Shown here in pieces: positions 31,708 to 39,693 of a stretch of 64,000 nucleotides of DNA. Source of the stretch: an uncultured Candidatus Rokubacteria bacterium (lineage in GTDB: Bacteria > Methylomirabilota > Methylomirabilia > Rokubacteriales > CSP1-6); assembly GCA_963762145.1 (NCBI GenBank), contig CAVXJS010000021.1, positions 224,001 through 288,000 of the forward strand, read 5' to 3'. The notes below the pieces were generated by a model. It searched no databases. It was not told the DNA's origin and saw only the letters and a program-made list of their open reading frames with translations. Made by a program: the position numbers and the translations under genes. Position 1 is the stretch's first letter. Every line of letters starts with the position of its first letter.

Positions 31708-32718
31708 TCAGGCCAGCCCCGAGGCCTGGATCGTCTTGACGTTGTAGTAGCGGATGTCGTTCAGCGGATCCGGGATGCGCCCGGTCCGGAACGCGGCACA
31801 CAGATCCACCACCGCGTCCTCGATGGTGCGCTGAGGCGCCCAGCCGATCTCCCGCTTGATCTTCTCCGACGACACGTGGTACGAGCGCGTGTCGTTGCTC
31901 GGCACCGTCTCCAGCGTGATGGGGCCGAGCTGCGGCATCTCCCGGCTCACGATCCCCCGCACCAGCTCGCCCAGCTGGGCCACCGTGTGGTTCTGATAGG
32001 CCGCGTTGAAGGTCTTGCCCGCGATCAGGTCCGCCGGCATGTCGAGCAGCTCGACGTAGAGATCGCTGATGTCCTCGATGTGGATGTTGGGGCGCTTCTG
32101 GGCCCCCCCGAAGATCGTGATGCGCCGCTGATTCACCGCGAGGCTCGTGAGGATGTTGACGGTCAGGTCGAGCCGCTGCCGCGGCGAGTAACCGCACACG
32201 GTGGCGGGGCGGATGATCACGGTGGTGAAGTCCGGGGCCTGGTAGCCGAGCAGGATCGGCTCGCACATGCCCTTGTACTTGTTGTAGTCGGTGAGGGGCA
32301 CGAGGGGATGGTCCTCGGTGACGTCCGGAGCGTCGCTGATCCCGTACACGCTCGACGTCGAGGCGTAGATGAACCGGCGCGCTCCCGCCCGGCGGGAGAT
32401 GCTGACGAGCGGCTCGAAGCAGTCGTAGTTGATCGAGCGGCTCAGCCCCGGATTCAGCTCGAAGCTCGGATCGTTCGAGATGCACGCGAGATGGATGACC
32501 GCGTCCACCCCCGCGGCGGCCTTGCCCAGCGCCTTCTGGTCCCGGATATCCGCCTTCACCAGCTCGAGCGACGGGTCGCGGGGCAGCACGTCGGTGCCGA
32601 ACAGGAAGAGATCGATGACCCGGACCCGGTAGCCCTTGGCGAGCAGCTTCGGGACCAGCACCGCCCCCACGTATCCACCGCCGCCGGTCACCAGCACCGT
32701 CGGACGCGTCGTCGCCAT
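31708..32718 (-). CDS. NAD-dependent epimerase/dehydratase (SDR)
   Basis: TGGGGYVG, HLACISNDP, ASTSSVYG, YNKYK, RPATVCGYSPRQRLDL. Confidence 0.9.
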   Translation of the reverse strand: MATTRPTVLVTGGGGYVGAVLVPKLLAKGYRVRVIDLFLFGTDVLPRDPSLELVKADIRDQKALGKAAAGVDAVIHLACISNDPSFELNPGLSRSINYDCFEPLVSISRRAGARRFIYASTSSVYGISDAPDVTEDHPLVPLTDYNKYKGMCEPILLGYQAPDFTTVIIRPATVCGYSPRQRLDLTVNILTSLAVNQRRITIFGGAQKRPNIHIEDISDLYVELLDMPADLIAGKTFNAAYQNHTVAQLGELVRGIVSREMPQLGPITLETVPSNDTRSYHVSSEKIKREIGWAPQRTIEDAVVDLCAAFRTGRIPDPLNDIRYYNVKTIQASGLA

Positions 32719-32719
32719 C

Positions 32720-33445
32720 TCAGGTCCTCCGCGCCACCGGCTCGCGCCGGACGTGGATGGTCCACCACGTCTGCCCGATCGCCCGCAGCGCCTTCAGGAT
32801 GTTCGTGATCGATACGGCCTTCGATCGGCCGTGGGTGCGGTCCACGTGGGTCAGCCCGACCTCGACATAGCTGTACCCGGCGTGGAGCGCGTGGATGAGC
32901 ATCTGGGTCAGGAAGTAGAAGCCCCCCGCGCTCTTGGGGAGCGATCGCGCCAGCGCGACCGGATAGATGCAGGGCCCCTGGTAGTAGTGCATGTGCAGGC
33001 CGAAGAGCCGGTTGACGAGCGCGGTCGAGGCCCACGTCAGGAAGCGGCGATGGAGCTGGCGCGCCCCCGGATTCTGGTGGTACGGCGCCACGATGTCGGC
33101 CCGGCCGACCGCCGCGAAGATGTCGTGCACCGAGTCGCGCGCGATCTCGCCGTCGGCGGCGAGAAAGCTGAAGTGGTCCAGCTTCGCCTCGTCGAGAGCT
33201 CGCTCGTAGGCGGCCGCGATCCCCATGTTCCGCGGCTGGTGGACGGCGCGGATCCGCGGGTTCTCGCGGCCGAGGCGCTCGGCCAGCTCCCCGGTCCGGT
33301 CGGTGCTGCCGTCGTTGATGATCAGGATCTCGTACTCGCTGGTCACCCGCTCGGCGGCCCAGACGATGTCGGCCACCGACCGCTCGAGATTCCCCTCCTC
33401 GTTGTAGGCGGGGAGAAACACGCTGATCCGGCGCGCGATCGCCAT
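32720..33445 (-). CDS. GT2 glycosyltransferase, polyprenol-phosphate (DPM1/Ppm1-like) type
   Basis: LPAYNEE, INDGSTD.T, NMG.AAA, AADG (degenerate DxD), R.HGRSK; 241 aa, soluble. Confidence 0.8.
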   Translation of the reverse strand: MAIARRISVFLPAYNEEGNLERSVADIVWAAERVTSEYEILIINDGSTDRTGELAERLGRENPRIRAVHQPRNMGIAAAYERALDEAKLDHFSFLAADGEIARDSVHDIFAAVGRADIVAPYHQNPGARQLHRRFLTWASTALVNRLFGLHMHYYQGPCIYPVALARSLPKSAGGFYFLTQMLIHALHAGYSYVEVGLTHVDRTHGRSKAVSITNILKALRAIGQTWWTIHVRREPVARRT

Positions 33446-33446
33446 C

Positions 33447-34481
33447 TCAGTAGGGCCCCGCGAACGTCGCCTGCACGTCCGCGACGCCGGCCTCGAGCGG
33501 GGTGCCCGCCTTCAGCACGTCGAGGCAGGCCTGCGCGATGGTCAGCGGATTGGGATGGAACGCATCTTCCAGCGGCTTCGAGACCGGCGCGGGGCAGTCG
33601 GGCGGCGTGACCCGTCGCACCGGGGCCTTCAGATCGTGCCACCCCTTCTCGGCCGCGATCGCGGCCACCTCGGCGGAGAACCCGCAGAGGGCCCAGCTCG
33701 TGTCCGCGACCACCAGGCGTCCCGTCTTCCGGAGCGAGCGCAGGATGATCTCCTCGTCCAGCGGGCGGACGCTCCGCAGGTCGACGACCTCCGCGCTGAC
33801 GCCCTGCTCGGCCAGGATGTCGGCGGCCCGCGCCGCCTCGTAGGCCATCAGCGAGATCCCGACGATCGTGACGTCCGTGCCCGGCCGGACGATCCGGCCC
33901 TTCCCGAAGGGCACCGCCTCGAGTCCCTCCGGCACCTCGCCGTCGAGGTCGTAGAGGGCGCGGTTCTCGAGCAGCACGACCGGGCCGCTGCCCTGCAGCG
34001 CGCTGACCAGCATCCCCTTGGCGTCGGCGGGCGAAGCGGGAAGGCCCACGTAGAGGCCGGGGAAGTGGGCGAACACCGACTGCAGGCTCTGGGAGTGCGT
34101 CGCCCCCTGCCCCCATCCACGGCCGACGATGCCGCGGAATACCACCGGCACGCCGCCCCGGTTGCCGAACATGTACCGCCACTTGGCGGCCAGGTTGAGG
34201 AGCTGATCCATGCACAGGAACATGAAATCGTTCCGCGGATGCACGACCAGCGGCCGCTTTCCGACCGCGGCGGCCCCGATGGCGATGCCGGTCATCGCGT
34301 TCTCGCCGTTCGGGATGTCGAAGACGCGCGCGGGTCCGAAGCGCCGATGCGCCTCCGCGGTCGTGCCGAAGATGCCCTTGAAATCATCGACGCCGATCCC
34401 GGCGACGAAGATGCTCGGGTCCGCTTCCATGCACTGCACGGTCGCTTCGCTGATGGCCTGCCCGTAGGTCAGTCGTCTCAT
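33447..34481 (-). CDS. TPP-dependent 2-oxoacid dehydrogenase E1 beta-like subunit
   Basis: RVFDIPNGEN..GIAIGAA, DQL.N.AAK, GATHSQ, PASPADAKG, VVDLRSVRPLD. Confidence 0.9.
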   Translation of the reverse strand: MRRLTYGQAISEATVQCMEADPSIFVAGIGVDDFKGIFGTTAEAHRRFGPARVFDIPNGENAMTGIAIGAAAVGKRPLVVHPRNDFMFLCMDQLLNLAAKWRYMFGNRGGVPVVFRGIVGRGWGQGATHSQSLQSVFAHFPGLYVGLPASPADAKGMLVSALQGSGPVVLLENRALYDLDGEVPEGLEAVPFGKGRIVRPGTDVTIVGISLMAYEAARAADILAEQGVSAEVVDLRSVRPLDEEIILRSLRKTGRLVVADTSWALCGFSAEVAAIAAEKGWHDLKAPVRRVTPPDCPAPVSKPLEDAFHPNPLTIAQACLDVLKAGTPLEAGVADVQATFAGPY

Positions 34482-34487
34482 GGGTCC

Positions 34488-35450
34488 TCAGTACGCGCCG
34501 GTGGTGAGGTCCTCGACCGCCGGGAAGGACGCCGCGCGCGCCGCGACGACCGCCGCGTCCACCTCGGCCTGGCTCGCGCGCTCCATCGCGGTGATCGCGG
34601 CGGGCGTGCACGCGCCGTCCGCGACGAGGCGCTCGGACGCGCGCCGGATCGGGCAGCGGGCGACCCACGAATCCACCTCGGCCTTGGTGCGGTATCCCTT
34701 GTCGTGGTCCCACAGCGGTCCGACGTGCTCGCGCCACCGGTAGGTCGTGCACTCGAGGAAGAACGGGCCGTCTCCGCGCCGCAGGTGCGCCACCGCTTCT
34801 CGGGCCGCCTCGTGGACCGCGAAGACGTCGTTGCCGTCCACCAGGCGCGCCGGCATGCCGTAGGAGGCGGCCCGCGCGTGGATCGGCACCGTCGCGGGCT
34901 GGCGGACCTCGAGCCGGGTGTGGGTCGAGAACCCGTTGTTCTCGCACACGAAGAGCACGGGCGCGCGCCGCATCACCGCGAAGTTCAGCGTCTCGTGGAA
35001 GATGCCCTCCTCCACGGTGCCGTCACCGAAGAAGCTCGCCGCGATCCGATCCCGGCCGTCCATCGTGAAGGCGAGCGCGGTTCCCACCGCGACCGCCATG
35101 GTCTGGCCGAGAATCGCGGAGGACGCGATGATGCCCGCGTCGGGATCGTTGAGGTGGACGGAGCCGCCCCGGCCCCGCGCGCAGCCCGTCTCGCGCCCAT
35201 ACAGCTCGGCCACCATTCCGGCGAGGTCGCCCCCCTTGGCCAGGTAGTGGGCGTGGCAGCGGTGACCGCTATAAATGATGTCGTCGCGTCGGAGGGCGCC
35301 GCACACACCGACCGCCACCGCCTCCTGGCCGATGGAGAAGTGCGTCGGCGTCCGCATCTCCTGCGACGGGTAGAGATCCGCGAGCGTCTCCTCGACGCGG
35401 CGGATGCGGAGCATGCCGCGCAGCAGGTCCACCCCGGAAGCGGTCGTCAT
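34488..35450 (-). CDS. TPP-dependent 2-oxoacid dehydrogenase E1 alpha-like subunit
   Basis: [31 protein letters not shown]...[18 protein letters not shown] (alternative GTG at 35459). Confidence 0.9.
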   Translation of the reverse strand: MTTASGVDLLRGMLRIRRVEETLADLYPSQEMRTPTHFSIGQEAVAVGVCGALRRDDIIYSGHRCHAHYLAKGGDLAGMVAELYGRETGCARGRGGSVHLNDPDAGIIASSAILGQTMAVAVGTALAFTMDGRDRIAASFFGDGTVEEGIFHETLNFAVMRRAPVLFVCENNGFSTHTRLEVRQPATVPIHARAASYGMPARLVDGNDVFAVHEAAREAVAHLRRGDGPFFLECTTYRWREHVGPLWDHDKGYRTKAEVDSWVARCPIRRASERLVADGACTPAAITAMERASQAEVDAAVVAARAASFPAVEDLTTGAY

Positions 35451-35680
35451 GGTCCCCACCTATCTCCAATGTCCAGAGCTGCTCATGGTCCGAGCTACGA
35501 GGAGCGTCTCGGCAACGACGCTCTTGGTCACCAGCCGGCCGCCTTCTGGCGGTCCGGCAGCGACTCCGACGCGGAGGTCTATGTCTATATTGTCCTTTTT
35601 TATTAAATGTTTATGTGACACAACGGCTGCTGGTCCCGCTGCGGCTGATCCTCGACGGGCGTCGTTAGGCACGAACAATT

Positions 35681-35697
35681 TGCATCGGGCATGCCAA
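35681..35697 (-). promoter_or_regulatory. Putative sigma54 (-24/-12) promoter of the sugar operon
   Basis: Minus strand TTGGCATGCCCGATGCA has GG-N10-GC spacing, close to consensus TGGCAC-N5-TTGC. Confidence 0.5.
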
Positions 35698-35749
35698 GGG
35701 GTCCTCGTCGTCGCCCTCCAGGGGCCCGCTGTTCGACGCCATGGGGCCT

Positions 35750-35758
35750 TGCTAGAAT
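35750..35758 (+). promoter_or_regulatory. Extended -10 promoter of purE (likely leaderless)
   Basis: TGCTAGAAT ends 8 nt before ATG 35767; no SD sequence in between. Confidence 0.6.
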
Positions 35759-35766
35759 GGGCCGCC

Positions 35767-36270
35767 ATGACACCCGGCTCCGCTCCACCGCTCGTCGGCA
35801 TCCTCATGGGATCGAAGTCCGACTGGGACACGATGCTGAACGCGGCCAAGGCGCTCGACGCGCTCGGCATCTCCTACGAGGTCAACGTGATGTCCGCCCA
35901 CCGCACGCCCGCGCTCGTGGACGAGTACGTGAGCGGCGCCGAGGCGCGCGGCCTCGAGGTCATCATCGCGGGAGCCGGCGGAGCCGCCCATCTGGCGGGA
36001 GTGAGCGCGGCGCGGACCCTGCTGCCGGTCCTCGGGGTGCCCATCCAGTCCAAGGCCCTGAACGGGATGGATTCCCTGCTCTCGACGGTGCAGATGCCGG
36101 CGGGCATCCCGGTCGGCACGCTGGCGATCGGCAACGCGGGGGCCACCAACGCGGGCCTGCTCGCCGCCGCCATCCTGGCCAACAAGCATCCCCACATCCG
36201 CGCCGCGCTCCGGAAGTACCGGGACGCGCAGACGCAGGCCCTCGCAGGCCAGACGGATCCGCGCACGTAG
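35767..36270 (+). CDS. purE: N5-carboxyaminoimidazole ribonucleotide mutase
   Basis: [54 protein letters not shown]. Confidence 0.96.
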   Translation: MTPGSAPPLVGILMGSKSDWDTMLNAAKALDALGISYEVNVMSAHRTPALVDEYVSGAEARGLEVIIAGAGGAAHLAGVSAARTLLPVLGVPIQSKALNGMDSLLSTVQMPAGIPVGTLAIGNAGATNAGLLAAAILANKHPHIRAALRKYRDAQTQALAGQTDPRT

Positions 36271-36294
36271 CGCGATCCCGCACGGAGGCACGCC

Positions 36295-36978
36295 ATGACG
36301 ACCATGAGCCCGTTCCGGATCCAGCTCGAGCAGGCGGTCAACGCCCGCCACAGCCGGATGAATCCGTTCACCGAGAAGTGGGTCAACGGCGAGCTGACCC
36401 GGGCCCAGCTCGGCCAGTGGGTGTGCCAGCACTACCAGTACGTCTCGCAGTTCTCGCGCTGGTGCGCGCTGGTGTACGGCGGCTGCCCGGATCCGGACGC
36501 CTGTGACTTCCTGCTCGAGAACATCATCGAGGAGGAGTCCGGCACCAAGCACGTGGATCTCCTCATCCGCTTCGGCGAAGCGTGCGGGGTGAGCCGGACC
36601 GAGGTCGAGACCACGCGGCAGCTTCCGAGCACCCGCGGCCTGACCGCGTGGTGCTACGAGACGGCGCGCAAGCCCTTCCACGTCGCGGCGGCCGGGCTGC
36701 TGGTGGGGCTCGAGTCGCAGGTGCCCGGCATCTACAAGCGCAACCTGCCGCCACTCAAGACCCACTACGGGTTCACCGACCACGAGGTGGAGTTCTTCGC
36801 GATCCACATCGAGGCCGACGAGATCCACGGCGAACGGGGCTACCAGATCGTGGAGCGTCACAGCACGACGCCCGAGAGGCAGCGCGACGCCGCGGAGGCG
36901 GTGCGCGAGGCGACCGAGATGCGCTGGCAGTACATGACCGGGCTCCACCGCGCCTTCGTCCTCAAGGAAGACGCGTGA
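36295..36978 (+). CDS. Heme-oxygenase-like diiron oxidase (PqqC/CADD/TenA superfamily)
   Basis: PF.EKW..GELT..QL, ENIIEEE...KH, LESQVP, FFAIHIEADEIH: the E/H/E/H/D/H dimetal ligand pattern of CADD. Confidence 0.82.
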   Translation: MTTMSPFRIQLEQAVNARHSRMNPFTEKWVNGELTRAQLGQWVCQHYQYVSQFSRWCALVYGGCPDPDACDFLLENIIEEESGTKHVDLLIRFGEACGVSRTEVETTRQLPSTRGLTAWCYETARKPFHVAAAGLLVGLESQVPGIYKRNLPPLKTHYGFTDHEVEFFAIHIEADEIHGERGYQIVERHSTTPERQRDAAEAVREATEMRWQYMTGLHRAFVLKEDA

Positions 36979-37286
36979 GCGGGCCCCGGCAGGTCGCCTC
37001 GCTGGACGAGGTGCCGGCCGGGCAGCTGAAGCTCGTGGAGCTCGACGGCACCCGGATCGTGCTCGCCCGGATCGGCGACGCGGTCTACGCGTGCGGGGAT
37101 GTCTGCACGCACCGCGGCGGTCCCCTGAGCCAGGGCAAGCTCAACGGGAGCCGGCTCGCCTGCCCGTGGCACGGCTGGATGTACGACGTGCGCACCGGCC
37201 AGTGCCTCTTTCCGGGCCGGGGCGCGAGCGTGCCGGTCTATCCGGTGCGCCTGGACGACGGCGCGATCTTCGTGGAGCTGCCGTGA
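36975..37286 (+). CDS. Rieske [2Fe-2S] ferredoxin
   Basis: CTHRGGPL...CPWHGWMYDVRTG; GTGA overlap with the upstream gene. Confidence 0.92.
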   Translation: MSGPRQVASLDEVPAGQLKLVELDGTRIVLARIGDAVYACGDVCTHRGGPLSQGKLNGSRLACPWHGWMYDVRTGQCLFPGRGASVPVYPVRLDDGAIFVELP

Positions 37287-37723
37287 TCACGGTCAAGCGG
37301 CTCACCCTGGAGGACGCCCTCGTGCTGCTCGCCGCGGCCGAGGCGAAGGCGCGCGAGATCGGCGTCACCGAGACGATCTGCATCTGCGACGACGGCGGCC
37401 ATCCGATCGCGCTCCACCGCATGACCGGCGCGCGCATCACCGGCGTGGAGATCGCGATCGCCAAGGCCTTCACCGCCGCCGGTCACCGGCGCGCGACGCA
37501 CAAGTTCAATCAGGCCCCCGCCGGGCCCGCCCTGCCCGGCAACGAGGCCTTCGGCATCCACGCGATGCATCCCGGCCGCTTCGCGGTCTTCGTGGGAGGC
37601 TTCCCCATCGAGGTGGACGGCGACGTGGTCGGCGGGATCGGCATCAGCGGCGGAAACGGGGAGCAGGACACCGCCGTCGGCGCGGCCGCCCTGGAGGCGT
37701 TCCAGCGCCACGTCGCCGGCTGA
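37283..37723 (+). CDS. GlcG/HbpS family heme-binding protein
   Basis: ICICDDGG, RMTGA, IAIAKAFTA, GGFPI...G.VVGGIGISG....QD. Confidence 0.88.
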   Translation: MITVKRLTLEDALVLLAAAEAKAREIGVTETICICDDGGHPIALHRMTGARITGVEIAIAKAFTAAGHRRATHKFNQAPAGPALPGNEAFGIHAMHPGRFAVFVGGFPIEVDGDVVGGIGISGGNGEQDTAVGAAALEAFQRHVAG

Positions 37724-37750
37724 CACCCGCGTGATCGGCGGGGGTGCGGC

Positions 37751-39625
37751 CTAGCGAACCACGGTCGGCGCGGCCGCCCTCGGGTCCAGCCGACGGAGCG
37801 CCGCGAGCTCCCCCTCGGCCCGCGCGGTCTGTCCCGCTCCCTGGTACGCGTGCGCGAGCCACAATCGGAAGCTGGGCGCCGAGGGATAGAGCTGCACCGC
37901 GCGCGCGAGCGGGACGATCGCGTCGCCCGCCCGGCCCTGTTCGAGCAGGGCCTGGCCGAGGAATCGGAGGGTCTCGCCATCGCGGATCAGGTCTGCCGCG
38001 GCCGTGAGGTCGTCGCGGGCCCCGTCGGACCGGGAAATGCCACGGGCCCGGCGCAGGAGCGGGATCGCCTCGTCGGATCGCCCCTGGACGAGGTAAAGCA
38101 CGGCGAGCCGCTCGGCCCCGTCCGGAGCATCCGGCTGCCGCGCCACGTAGCTCCGCAAGGCAACCTCCGCCTCTCCGTAGCGTCCACGGAGCAGCGCGAC
38201 CGTGCCGAGGTTGAGGTGGCTCAGGGCGTACGTGGGCCGGAGCGCCACCGCCTGACGGAGATGGTCCTCCGCCTCGCTCAGGCCCTGCGGGTCTCGACGG
38301 TCGTGCATGAGCGCCACGCCCAGGTTGTTGTGGCAGCGGGAGCAGCGGGGATCCAGCTCCACCGCCCATCGCCAGAGCGTCTCGGGGTCTCGCCACACGT
38401 AGGTCTGGCTCCACGTCAGCAGCGCGAGGGCTCCGAGCATCAGCACGATTCCGCCGCTCGCCATCGTCATGGCCGCGCGCCGCACCCGGCCCGTCCGGTG
38501 GAGTTCGAGCAGGCGCACGAGCCCGTAGCCGGCCAGGACGACGAATCCGACCTGGGCGAGATAGCTGTAGCGATCCGCGACCATCTGGATGCCCGAGTGC
38601 ACGACCCCGCTGACCGGCGCGACGAAGTCGGCGGCGTGCGCCCACGCGGCGAGCGCGCCCGGCGCGCGACGCCGGAGCGCGAGCAGGACGCCGGTCACCG
38701 CGAGCAGGGCGAGCAGCGGCACCAGGAAGCGGGGATCCAGGAGGCTCACCTGGCTGGGCGCCTCGTAGAGCGGGGACAGATCGGCCGGCCACACGAGCTT
38801 CAACGGGGAGAAGCACACGCTGTACGCGATCAGCCCGATGCGCGCCGCGGTGCCGTACCCGCCGTAGTCGCTGAACTCCGCCCCCTGGGCCCGCGCCCAC
38901 GCCGCCACCACCGCGCCCGCCGCCGCCAGCGCGCAGTACGGCAGCTTCTCAATGAGCACACGGCGCCACCCCGTTCCCCACCTCCGGAGGGGGTATGCGT
39001 CGAGGATCAGGAGCGTGATCGGGAGGGTCATGGCCATCCCCTTGGACAGGAGCGCCGCCGCGAAGGCCACGACGGAGGCGACACTCCACCACGTGCGATG
39101 CGGGCCGTCCGGGCCCCCGACCGCGCGCAGATAGGCCAGGACCGCGAGGAGGTAGAACGCCGCGCACAGCAGGGTGGCCCGATCGGAAACCCACGCGACG
39201 GATTCGGCCCGCTGGGGATGGAGCGCGAAGAGCAGCGCGGCCAGCGCGGCGCCCAGCCTGACGTCCGCGGCGGTCTCCACGGGAGATGGCCGCGCGACGG
39301 CCAACAGCCGCCGCGCCACCCAGTAGACGAGCACCGCGTTGACGGCGTGCAGCAGCAGGCTGGCGAGGTGATATCCCCACGGGTCCATCCGGCCGAGAGC
39401 GTGGTCGAGGGCGAAGGTCAGCCACGTGAACGGCATGTAGTGGCCCATCAGGGTGTTGGTGAACATCCACCCGATCTGGCTCGCGTCGAATCCCCGGTAC
39501 CTGAGATTCGTCACCAGGTTGATGTCGTCGTCCCAATTGAATCCGCCCTGGAGGGCGGGCCAGAAGGCGGCGCACGTCACCAGGAAGATGCCGACCGGGA
39601 ACAGGGCGGCGGGGAGCTTGCGCAT
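37751..39625 (-). CDS. TMTC-like GT-C glycosyltransferase + TPRs (paralog 5)
   Basis: NWDD, GHYMP, HPQRAESVAWVSDR, LLSK, DRYSY, WRDPETLW, CSRCHNNLG, TPRs. Confidence 0.85.
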   Translation of the reverse strand: MRKLPAALFPVGIFLVTCAAFWPALQGGFNWDDDINLVTNLRYRGFDASQIGWMFTNTLMGHYMPFTWLTFALDHALGRMDPWGYHLASLLLHAVNAVLVYWVARRLLAVARPSPVETAADVRLGAALAALLFALHPQRAESVAWVSDRATLLCAAFYLLAVLAYLRAVGGPDGPHRTWWSVASVVAFAAALLSKGMAMTLPITLLILDAYPLRRWGTGWRRVLIEKLPYCALAAAGAVVAAWARAQGAEFSDYGGYGTAARIGLIAYSVCFSPLKLVWPADLSPLYEAPSQVSLLDPRFLVPLLALLAVTGVLLALRRRAPGALAAWAHAADFVAPVSGVVHSGIQMVADRYSYLAQVGFVVLAGYGLVRLLELHRTGRVRRAAMTMASGGIVLMLGALALLTWSQTYVWRDPETLWRWAVELDPRCSRCHNNLGVALMHDRRDPQGLSEAEDHLRQAVALRPTYALSHLNLGTVALLRGRYGEAEVALRSYVARQPDAPDGAERLAVLYLVQGRSDEAIPLLRRARGISRSDGARDDLTAAADLIRDGETLRFLGQALLEQGRAGDAIVPLARAVQLYPSAPSFRLWLAHAYQGAGQTARAEGELAALRRLDPRAAAPTVVR

Positions 39626-39693
39626 CGCGAACCCATTGTCGCCCGGTCGATTTTTGGGGTCGATGGTTTTTCGGCTCGGGTAGACTGATCGTG

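Noticed and set aside
33447-35450. Housekeeping pyruvate dehydrogenase (pdhA/pdhB)
   Set aside because: No E2/E3 nearby and the genes head a sugar operon, so the symbols were not assigned
35667-35685. Plus-strand sigma54-like AGGCACGAACAATTTGCAT
   Set aside because: GG-to-GC spacing is 12 nt rather than the required 10
36295-36978. pqqC or tenA assignment
   Set aside because: No pqq operon in the window, and the ligand pattern fits a dimetal oxidase rather than cofactor-free PqqC or thiaminase II
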